Below are positions 33,488 to 45,119 of a DNA stretch of 64,000 nucleotides, one piece after another; position 1 is the first letter of the stretch, and the number at the start of each line of letters is the position of its first letter. Origin of the DNA: Mayamaea pseudoterrestris (Eukaryota). A program made the position numbers and the translations under genes. The stretch is taken from NCBI GenBank assembly GCA_027923505.1, contig BROI01000007.1, positions 868,001 through 932,000 of the forward strand, read 5' to 3'. The notes below the pieces were generated by a model. It did no database searches. It was not told where the DNA came from and saw only the letters and a list, made by a program, of their open reading frames with translations.

Positions 33488-36400
33488 ATGAAGGTGCCAG
33501 CTGCCGCTCCCTCGGCATTGCTGCTGCTGCTATTGACAAGAGGCAGTGACGCCAAGCTTGCAGATCGATCGCGCGTCGTTCAGCGTCGACTGGAAACGGG
33601 GCAAATTACTCGATTCTCCGACAATGGCAAGGCTATCGAAGGTCCAAGCTATCGATCAAGTTTCTACGAGGAGATTGAACCAGTGATGGCGCAGCAGCGG
33701 TCCAATCAGGCAAGGCCAGCAGCGGTTGCCAAGGAGGCTCCCTGGAAAATGCAGCAGCAGGAAGAGTACAATGGCATTGACACTGATCACCGAAGACTCT
33801 CGAGTCAATTGTCTGGTTGCTGCTACGACTATCAGAGCTACAGTGCATCTGATCTGTGCTACATTTACGGCAATGATTGCGAATCTGGCTCAACGCCTTC
33901 GCATGACTCTGGTGACGATGATTGCTCGCAGGATGGTCTTTCGTTTATTGGAATTAGCTTTAGCGTCAATACAGCGAGTGGAAATCCATATAGCTATCAG
34001 CTGTGTGACCAGTTTCCCATGGAGAATATCATTGATCGTGACTACAAGTACGTCATGAGCATGGACGAGGATGGATGGCTTGTTGGCGGCGGGTACAAGA
34101 CATTTGATTACTCTGGAAAAATGCCGTAAGTCGCTTTGGAGCCATTGTAAAGGAGTTTTGCCTTGCCGGAGGCTAGCGCTGACCTCTTTCATTCCTTTCA
34201 TTGCAGGTACATTGACTCGTCGCATACGGAATTGCTTCGCATTGGAAACATGGACCCTGACAAGGGAGGAACTTCAATTGACGCCGTGTACAGTGCTATG
34301 AGTAATATTGACTTTGCTCCTTTTTCCATCTTTCCCGAATATTTAAAGGGAGGCGGCAAGCATCATTCAAACGATGACAGTAGCAGCGGCGTTCCGGCGT
34401 CGGACATTACTTTGATTGTGTCTGTCGTTGAGACTTACGACGATGATTCGTCGTATTCCGTTTACGACAAGTTTGTCAATAGCATTTTCAACGCCATGTA
34501 CAATGCCGGAGGCGGTCCATGCATGGACGATCACGATACGGATCCTCATGTGTCCATGGCGCGCGGCGTCAAGTTTTGGAGCTCCTACCATCACTCGCAA
34601 TACACGTATGCTGCCAACCTAGAGGTTGCCGTCTGGCAAGCCATGTATCCAAAGGGTGTTCCGATTGGTTCGGCTGGCTATGCGGCCTTTCCGCCCGGTC
34701 GCGGAGGAACAAAGCAAAAGGTTGGCTACGGCAATTTGTACTTTTTCTTTGACCGAGCAAACATTACCAAGGCTTTTGCTCCGTATCGGTCATTGACCAG
34801 CTCGGAGGAATATTATGCGACGCTTTACTCGTCAACCGACACTAGCTCCTATTACTCGTCAACGACGTCAATTTCCTTCAACTATGCCGGCTCTGGCGAC
34901 AATAACAATAATAACTGGGAGTGGAACCCTTACTCGTGGAACCAAAAGTCGGCCAAGCACGACATGACGGACGGATGGGAGCTACCTCCCAATTGTTTGC
35001 AGGAAGGCGAAACCTTTTTTGGCATTCCGCTGTCGCAGACAAGTAGCTCCAAACTGCAAAGTTCAACAACGTTTCAAGAGCAATTTGATTTCGAGTATTT
35101 GGTTGACCGCAATGGAACATATATCCAGTCGTTTGGAACGAATCATGGCTGGTTGATCGGAGAGGAACTTGACAATGCGATTGGAGCAATTGTCGACAAG
35201 GACACTGCCCATATTCCGCTCTTTTATGTTGGAACGACAAATCCGGACATGGTACGTTTTATAGTGGATAGCGAAGCAACGAGAAAGTGAGCCGCAATTT
35301 CATATTCTCACGTTCGTCTATTATTTCAGGGGGGCATGTCGCTAGCAAACATTATCAAAGTTGCGAAGAAGCTGGACTTTGGTACGCTGTACATTAAGCC
35401 TGCATTCGTGTTTGTTGACAGCGACGGTCACGTGAAGCTGCAGTTTGAGGTCGATTCTACTTCGGCACTGGCGTATCTATACGACAATTTATGCAAAGAG
35501 CTTGGCATTACCTGGAACTACGACTCACCTTATAATGATGTTGGTGTATATACGAACTGCGCCATGCACGCGGCTGGTGATCGTGCCAAGTATGGTTGCG
35601 GCCCGGATGGAACAGGCAGCGGAGGATTTTGCCCGCAAATGACGCTTGCCTACTCACCACGTTTCTCCAGTGAAGACAATGCAGCTGCCTACCTAAGTCG
35701 ATGCAACAGCTATGTTGATTACTGGCGCTCATTGTATCCGTCTGGAGTTGCTGTAGGTTCGAGCAAGTTTTGTCCGCAAGGTGGATGTTTGGGACTCTTT
35801 TTAAATCGGTTCGATCTGTATGAGGTTTTCAAACCTGACCTTGCGGGAGCGTGGGTGGAATACAATGGTGCTTCAATGCCTCCAACCTACTCTCCCGCTC
35901 CAACTTGGAAGGGAGGATGTGATGATCCGCACAATTTCTTCCTCGACAAATGTGTGCGAAAGCGTTACAAGCCCAAGCCTTCAGCTGTTGCGTGGGACGC
36001 ACTTGGTACTGTCGGCCAGATCTCTGTCATGCTCGTTATATTCATGGCAGTAACGCTGTCTGTTTCAATATTTTTGGCACGCGCTCGCAAAAAGAGAAAG
36101 CGGGGCGAAAGCTATCTTGGTTTCTTCTTCCGTGACCTTACTCGTAAACGCAAGAAGAAGCGTAGAAAGGGCGTCGATGGCTTGGAGGAAAGCATGCTTC
36201 CCGAGTCCTCAAGCCGACGGTCAAAGTCTAGCGGACGTCGGTCGACGCGCTCTACATCGGGTCGGTCAAAGAGTGCCAGCAAGCGAAGCAAGTCTGCTTC
36301 TCGACCCGGCAGTCGATCTCGTTCAAGATCGAGCTCGATGCAGCCAGTTTCAGTACAGCCGCCATCGCGATCGAAAGATCGCCATCGCTCATCTGGCGCT

Positions 36401-36502
36401 TCTGTTGCATCTGCTACATCACAAAGAAGTGGAGTATTTGACCTTACTGTGTCTCAACCTCAACCGGACGGTGGTAAAGACAATCGACAACAGCTGGTGT
36501 GA
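33488..36502 (+). CDS. Uncharacterised type-I membrane protein with RXL sites; exons 33488-34125, 34207-35251, 35330-36502
   Basis: Signal peptide, QRRL and HRRL, Cys/Tyr-rich lumenal region, TM ISVMLVIFMAVTLSVSIFL and an R/K/S-rich tail; GT-AG introns join three ORFs in frame. Confidence 0.85.
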
Positions 36503-36690
36503 TCCAGTCGTTGTATCGAGTCACCTCACGCCACCTACCACATTTAGTGTGTTTTCGCTTAATATAAATGCTTGCAAATTCGTGTAACTATTTCCAATCT
36601 ATATGTGTCATGTATAAGTCTAAAGTATGTAGTTGAGGCTGCTGGCTATGCAGATCGCCATGCTCGAGCGTCACATCGACGCACATGTTC

Positions 36691-38355
36691 TTATGCCAGA
36701 AAATGCTCCTTGATGTAGTCGAAGACTCCCAGCTTTTCGGCCCCTTGCTCTAGCACCAGTGTCGCTGCAATTTTATACATGGAGCCCAACGCCAGCTTAC
36801 CAAACGGCACCATGGGCTTGGCCACGAGAGGCTTAGCTTCCTCACCATACCGTTCGCTCCATACCATAATCGGCGGGAGGAACAGGAACAGAACCGAGAC
36901 ACCAAACGCACCGCCATATTCGAGTGCGCTGTAGAAAATGTCTGGATTTGCCATGGACAATAAAAGCGGTGGTCCAAAGACGAGAGCATATAGCGGCGCC
37001 TTGAGTTTGCTATTTTCACCATTCTCTTCAATAGTTTCTGGAGAAACCTTGAAAACATCGGTCCACGCATCCAGCAAACCATGCGTAAAGCCAATCACAC
37101 TGGTCACGAGAGCCAGCGACGAAAAGGTAGCAACGAGAGGGCCCAATACTTGTCCGCCGGAAGCCTGCTGGAGAAGGGCGACTGGATCCATTCCTCCGAG
37201 ATCGGCACCAGCAACGTTACCCAAAACGATAGCGTTCCAGGCCAAGAACATTAACAGTGGCGCCGTCGTTCCAGCAATAATCGCTTGCATCACCTTGGTG
37301 CGATCGCCTTCCAGCTGATTCACGACGGTAGGCACCACGTTTTGGTAAACGAGCGCCAGAAACAAAATGGGAAGGCAGTTTACCACTTGCGACGGATGCT
37401 GATTGACTGGATCAATGAGTGTGCCAAAGTCTGCCGTCTGCGCTCCAATCGTTAAAATGCCCAGAAAGGCAGCTCCGACGCCGGCTACCAGCACATTGTT
37501 CACTTTTTGCATAGCGTCAGGCCGCGTGGCGTACAGCGAGAGTCCACAGACGGTTGCAAACACTGCTTGCCCAAGTCCAGGCACTGCCTCTAATACACTG
37601 CCACCGACTCCAACACTTTGCAGTAAGCCATCAACATTGACTCCACCTTGCGCAAAGTAGGCAATCATGACGGCGTAGTGCAGAAAAAAGTAGGCGCCAC
37701 TACCCAGCGCACTCAGCGGTGCGTTCAACGAAGACTTGTACAGTTGCAGCAGTCCCGTTCCCGTTTTACCCGTCGTTCCCATTTGGTTCATGATCAGTTC
37801 CGCAATGAGCAAGCCACTCATGGTCATGTACACGTAGGCGGAAATCATGGCAAAGGAACTTGGCAAGAATCCAGCGGCAGCCGTGGCTTGCGGCAGCGCC
37901 AGTACGCCGGCGCCAATGGTGGTGCCGCAAATGAGCGCCGCCGCACCCAGCACAGATCCAGATACGTGTTGGGCTTGACCAGTGATTTCGTCGTAGGTGA
38001 GACTGGAGAATAGTCGAGGTACTTTGCCGGAACTGTACTCGGGTATCAAGTGGAAGCGATCGTCGGAAACCTTGCCGACGGCTCGCTCCAACATGCTGGA
38101 GATTGTGTGTTCGGGCGCTGCGGCGGAAGCCGCATCTACAACAAGGAATGACTCGTTGGATACTATCGTTGTTGGTGATATTGAATTTTCCAAGGACGCA
38201 ACATTTTCTGGAGCAGCAGTCGTTGGAGTTGTCGTAGATATAAAGAATGGAAGAGTCTTCCGCCTTATTGTTTGTGACGAAGACGTTCGGCGAGTCGTTG
38301 TAGAAAATGCACTCGTCTCGGACGTCAAAAGGAGGAGAAGAATAGCTAGCGTCAT
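36691..38355 (-). CDS. Aromatic amino acid permease (TyrP/Mtr-like), probably plastid-targeted
   Basis: GAAALICGTTIGAGVLALP...AGFLPS and many TM segments; presequence MTLAILLLLLTSETSA-F. Confidence 0.88.
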   Translation of the reverse strand: MTLAILLLLLTSETSAFSTTTRRTSSSQTIRRKTLPFFISTTTPTTAAPENVASLENSISPTTIVSNESFLVVDAASAAAPEHTISSMLERAVGKVSDDRFHLIPEYSSGKVPRLFSSLTYDEITGQAQHVSGSVLGAAALICGTTIGAGVLALPQATAAAGFLPSSFAMISAYVYMTMSGLLIAELIMNQMGTTGKTGTGLLQLYKSSLNAPLSALGSGAYFFLHYAVMIAYFAQGGVNVDGLLQSVGVGGSVLEAVPGLGQAVFATVCGLSLYATRPDAMQKVNNVLVAGVGAAFLGILTIGAQTADFGTLIDPVNQHPSQVVNCLPILFLALVYQNVVPTVVNQLEGDRTKVMQAIIAGTTAPLLMFLAWNAIVLGNVAGADLGGMDPVALLQQASGGQVLGPLVATFSSLALVTSVIGFTHGLLDAWTDVFKVSPETIEENGENSKLKAPLYALVFGPPLLLSMANPDIFYSALEYGGAFGVSVLFLFLPPIMVWSERYGEEAKPLVAKPMVPFGKLALGSMYKIAATLVLEQGAEKLGVFDYIKEHFLA

Positions 38356-38737
38356 GGTAGACTCTGTCCTTGTAATCATCCTATTCGTAGTAATCGTGCA
38401 CTTGTGTGTGATTGATTCTATGAATCTACTGCAAGCCATTAACGCATCATCAAGATGGTTTTCGTCCTTCCACATCATCCTCCAGCGTCGCGGATGATTC
38501 ATCGGCAACGTCATCGGACCCAGCTGTCGCTGCGGTTATGAAAAGATCGTTATGGCTCAAGTTGAACTGTGACTGAACATGTTTCAAAACTTGAGGGGCT
38601 TAACAAGACGTGGCTTCACCGCGACCAAAATTCGCTCGATCTGGCGTGGCGTGCTGGCACAAACCGCAGGAATCAGCAACCACACACACAAAAGCAATCC
38701 AACGCTATTCTCGTCACAATCCAAATAGATCTTCACC

Positions 38738-39373
38738 ATGAACATGCAGACTCCTTACTTCGCTACACCATGCACTATTCCACTCACTGCACGCTCGCAC
38801 AACGTGACACCTCCTCCCCCGGAAGGCTTTTCACGTGTCGATGTCCTCTGCGGCCGCCAAAGCTTTGTGCTGCGCCATGAGGGCAACCGCAACTACTCCA
38901 GAATTGTCCAAAGCTATTCCACCCAATACAAGGAATGCATCAACAAGAGAAGCAAAGCCAAGATTACATCTCTCGTCATTGAGCAGATTCAACTGCAGGG
39001 AGGTCGCTTCCTCAAGCTGGAGCAAAACGTTTGGACGGAGCTGGACCAGCAATCGACGTTGGAAAAGGTGCAGCATGCGCTCCGGTCCACCAAGCCAAAG
39101 ACGTCGCCGGGCCGCGCCAAGCCGTCCCGCGGCACGGCGCGGTCCGTCATTGTGGAAACGTCGCAGGAGGAGGACGAGTTCTTCAAAACGATTCTGGCCA
39201 AGCAACAATGCTTGTATGAGGAGTTACTCAGTGGCAGTACCAGTAGTAGCCAAACATCAGTATCAACAACAACAACGATGGATACAACTACTGCCTTGGC
39301 GCAGCAGCAGTGTGACTTTGAGTCGCTGCTTCCAGATTTGACGCACAGCCAGCAGCCCATTCGAGTGAGTTAG
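38738..39373 (+). CDS. DUF6824-type diatom protein
   Basis: DVLCGR...HEGNRNY...KAKIT...GGRFLK...W...EKVQHALR. Confidence 0.8.
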   Translation: MNMQTPYFATPCTIPLTARSHNVTPPPPEGFSRVDVLCGRQSFVLRHEGNRNYSRIVQSYSTQYKECINKRSKAKITSLVIEQIQLQGGRFLKLEQNVWTELDQQSTLEKVQHALRSTKPKTSPGRAKPSRGTARSVIVETSQEEDEFFKTILAKQQCLYEELLSGSTSSSQTSVSTTTTMDTTTALAQQQCDFESLLPDLTHSQQPIRVS

Positions 39374-39801
39374 GCGCGCATGATATGGTCCGACACTTGC
39401 ATTTCTGTATAAACATACATTTTAACTGGTAACTTTACAACCATCATGTTACTTTTCTATTTTCCTGGTGTCACACAAGACAACACATCTAAAGTAGTTT
39501 ATTGGATTTAGTCTTTCGCTTCAAAACAAGTGGATAGGCCAGCGCTGGCTGGCTAATGGGCGCTTAACAGTCGCTTCGGCAATACTGTAGATAAAATTAG
39601 TAGCAGCTCTTAAAAGAGACCAAGGCTTAAAAGTGTCGATACAGACGACGCGATTATCTATGGTACGCTGCACATCATGGTGCGGAGCGTATTCAATGTC
39701 GATGAACTCTTAGCGCGACAACGTTTCCGTGCATGGAATATAATGGGGAAATTCAACAAACCAGCGCCTAAAAGCACGCATTTTTTAATTATATCTATTT
39801 A

Positions 39802-41816
<2,015 letters not shown>

Positions 41817-42306
41817 TGCTATCAAAGTGTCAACGCAAGTACACAGAGTAGTGGTACCAGGGAAGCTCGTAGATTTGATGCTGCTGCAAAAATCTTCATG
41901 GTCGAGAAAAATCCGCGCCGCGCCGCGATGCAAAACCGTTGCGACAGCAAGTGATGACGCTGCGATATCGCTTTCATGATGACAGGATTTTGACGAACGA
42001 CCGTTGCCTGCATGTTCGACCATGGCGACTCCACCAAGCTTTAGCAGAATCCGATCAACGCCCCAGACTCTCACGTTGGGAGCTGGCGGTGATGATGATA
42101 AATTTGTGCAGCTGGAACCGCATGGAGAAATCAAAGAGTCAAACACCATATCGGTAAAATTCAACTCCACATCTGCATCATGGTGGTTGCGTCGGACCTT
42201 GAGAAATCAACAAGAAGATGTGCATAAAAAAGAAGATTGCGTCATTGACGTTGATGAGCAAAGCATAAGTAGTAGTCGGAGACGTAGAAAGAAAGCTCGC
42301 AGTTAC

Positions 42307-43311
42307 ATGCAGGTGGAATTGCAGGAGCAACGGCATCGAGACTTGGACCAATCCTTGCTTGGGCAGGAGGAGGTAGCAACTCCGGTTTATTTGTCAGCAA
42401 GCATGACATCTACGAATAACATGTTAGCAAATCTTGATTCGAATCATGATAATGCGCCATTGTCATTGGAGGAAAAGCTGCAGCAGAGTTGCTCCTTCTT
42501 CTACCAAAGCATGGACGCATCCAAACGCAATCAACGCCCATGTGCGCGCTTTCGCACTCTCCTTAACGACTCGCAGCAGTATCACCAAGAGTGCTTCTAT
42601 CGCGACGCCGTCGATGTACTTTCGCCGCCAGTGCTGACGCACTATCGAGCTACCTATCAGCGATTGAACCAGGAGTTGGAGCCGACGAGTAGTGAGCGCG
42701 CGAGTCCACGGAATCGGCCGGCATGCGATGCAGCAGACTACGACTTGCGATTGGACCATGCTGACCAGCACGAGAATGACGCTGCATTCAAGTTGGAAAG
42801 TCATCATCAATCATCATCGGCGTCCATGGTGTCAGATTCTGTCCAACGCTCGTCGCTCCTCTATCAACATTGTGGACGCATTCTGTTAAAGCTTCCACAG
42901 GATCACGTTCGACTCATTATGGATGCGGATCTTCCAGTTGGTACATTGTCTGTTTGTCAGTGGCGGAACGCGCAGGAAAAGGAGGATTACGACTGCAGCA
43001 GCGAGTACGATGCCGAACAAGCATTGCCAAGGCGATCCACCAAAGTAAACGCTGGATCAAATCAACCGCTACAACACGATCAGTCGCGCAAGCGCCGTCG
43101 ACCCTCGCTGCACTACATATTGACTGTACCAGACGATTTATACTGCAAGGTCGTAAACGACATGTCAAAAGCTACCAAGCGTTCGTTTTTCAATCTTGGT
43201 ATCTGCAACACGCACGACCACGACCATGCCGACGTGAGAATTGCCGTATTCATCATGATGATTGTCATGGTGATACTACTTGTTGTTGGTGCAGCCTTTG
43301 GGGATGGTTGA
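42307..43311 (+). CDS. Hypothetical protein with C-terminal TM helix
   Basis: Long ORF ending IAVFIMMIVMVILLVVGAAFGDG; start codon uncertain. Confidence 0.65.
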   Translation: MQVELQEQRHRDLDQSLLGQEEVATPVYLSASMTSTNNMLANLDSNHDNAPLSLEEKLQQSCSFFYQSMDASKRNQRPCARFRTLLNDSQQYHQECFYRDAVDVLSPPVLTHYRATYQRLNQELEPTSSERASPRNRPACDAADYDLRLDHADQHENDAAFKLESHHQSSSASMVSDSVQRSSLLYQHCGRILLKLPQDHVRLIMDADLPVGTLSVCQWRNAQEKEDYDCSSEYDAEQALPRRSTKVNAGSNQPLQHDQSRKRRRPSLHYILTVPDDLYCKVVNDMSKATKRSFFNLGICNTHDHDHADVRIAVFIMMIVMVILLVVGAAFGDG

Positions 43312-43452
43312 TTCAAAGACTGAAGGGATGTTTGCATATTTTCTCTATCGCTTCGATGGCGCTCGATGGACTTAACCTGACACCACCTACTCGAAGAAGT
43401 GCTTTATCTGAGACTCAGTTTCATTATATACAGATTAAACAATTTAATATAA

Positions 43453-44013
43453 TTACTTCTTGCCACCAAACCAGCTCGTCTTAGCGACAGGCGTTGCTTT
43501 CTTCACAGCTTTAGTGGCAGGCACGGCTTTCTTGGCGGATGCGGCAGACGGCTTGACGGATGCAGCAAACAACTTGGCGTCGGCAGTGTTCGACCAGTCG
43601 TACTTTGTCTTGGCCATGCGGTGACCAAGTGCCGGTGCCTTGAGCCAGCTTCCACCCTCGCTGGTTCCGCGCTTCAGATAGAAGTTGGTAAAATCCTCAA
43701 ATTGAAATGCCTTCTTCACGTTCTTCTTGTAGCTCTCCTCCTTCTTGGCGGCATCGCGGGCTCGGACCTTTTCAAATTCAGCCTTGGTCAGTCCCGAGGG
43801 AATGTAGGATTTGGATGTGAGAGTACCGGTCTTGACGTTTTTCTTTTCGCGAGCGCCGTACTTGTTGCGCTTGGGGTCGAAGAGATCGAGTCCAAAGATA
43901 TTGTCGGCGAGAGCATTCAACTCGGTGACAGATGCCGCACGCTGCGTACTTGGAGTGACGAAGGCGGAGGCCGAAACACTCAACAAAAGCGGCAAGAAGG
44001 CAGCGGTCTTCAT
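43453..44013 (-). CDS. Small basic plastid-targeted protein of unknown function
   Basis: MKTAAFLPLLLSVSASA-FVTP (ASAF motif). Confidence 0.8.
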   Translation of the reverse strand: MKTAAFLPLLLSVSASAFVTPSTQRAASVTELNALADNIFGLDLFDPKRNKYGAREKKNVKTGTLTSKSYIPSGLTKAEFEKVRARDAAKKEESYKKNVKKAFQFEDFTNFYLKRGTSEGGSWLKAPALGHRMAKTKYDWSNTADAKLFAASVKPSAASAKKAVPATKAVKKATPVAKTSWFGGKK

Positions 44014-44358
44014 GGTTTTGTTGATGCTGAAGAGAACGAGCGATCTGCCGCGGTAAAAGTGAGAGTGAAGTGAAGGTAATGCATTCTTCCGTGTCACTCG
44101 GCGCTGACTCATTTTTTGAATTCGTTGTTGATGACTCAGCCCCTTCCAACTCACGCCCGTCCGGTTCTTTCCTCGCGTGAGTTTGTGACGCGTGACGATT
44201 CAAGCAAGCGAACCAGAACTCTCCACGTGTCTTTCTTGTTCGCTAGATTGAGAACTCAGACGTAGATCGCGAAATGAAGCTTCTCACAATGCATCTCACA
44301 ACACGGATCGGTTAAACATTTCAGACAATCATACAGCACATTTCTACCTTTTACTGTA

Positions 44359-45054
44359 ATGAAGTTTTCAACTCTTTCACTTCTGGCTTCTCAGGTATTG
44401 CCTGTCATGGCGACGGCGTGGATGTTGGATCGTCCGTTTTCGAACTACGGGCTGCTTCCAATTTCGCCAATGCGAATTCTTCGTGAACAGCACGAACTTG
44501 CTAACCGCATTGCCAAAGAGATGAGCGGCCCATCCAGTAGCTCCTTGTTGATTAACGAGCCGCGTTATGAGCTAAAGGATGAGGAGAATAAATTTGCTGT
44601 TGCTGTCGACCTTCCAGGCATCGCGCCCAATGACATTAACATTTCCTTTGACAGTGAAAGCAAACTCTTGTCTATTACCGGGCACCGCGAGTTTTCGAAT
44701 GAGCGCGGGAGCTACTCGGAGAGGTTCTCGCAAGCATTTTATTTGGATCCGTCGGTTGATGTGGATAACATCAGCGCGAACTTGGAGCATGGCGTCTTGG
44801 TCGTCAGCGCACCGAAGGACCAAAAGAAGTTAGAGAGCAACGTGCGAACTATTCCCATCTCTTCTCCCTCCAACGAAGACAGGGTCAAGATAACTGGTGG
44901 TGACAAGACGAAGTCAGGTATATTAGGATCAGAAAAGCGAGAAGGAGAAGGTTTGCTAGAGAAAGTTAAAGGTTTCGTGTCGAGCGAGAAATCAAGTAGC
45001 GGCGAAGGCGAGGAGCGTGAAAGTTACGATTTGGACTCAGGCGAGGACTTTTAA
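44359..45054 (+). CDS. Small heat-shock protein (Hsp20) with N-terminal targeting peptide
   Basis: VDLPG...LSITG...FSQAFYL...ISANLEHGVLVVSAPK; signal peptide ending ATA-W. Confidence 0.9.
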   Translation: MKFSTLSLLASQVLPVMATAWMLDRPFSNYGLLPISPMRILREQHELANRIAKEMSGPSSSSLLINEPRYELKDEENKFAVAVDLPGIAPNDINISFDSESKLLSITGHREFSNERGSYSERFSQAFYLDPSVDVDNISANLEHGVLVVSAPKDQKKLESNVRTIPISSPSNEDRVKITGGDKTKSGILGSEKREGEGLLEKVKGFVSSEKSSSGEGEERESYDLDSGEDF

Positions 45055-45119
45055 ATATACATGAGTTTCCATTTCTACATAAATACTATAAACACAGTGC
45101 GGCGGTTTTGTAGTCATGT

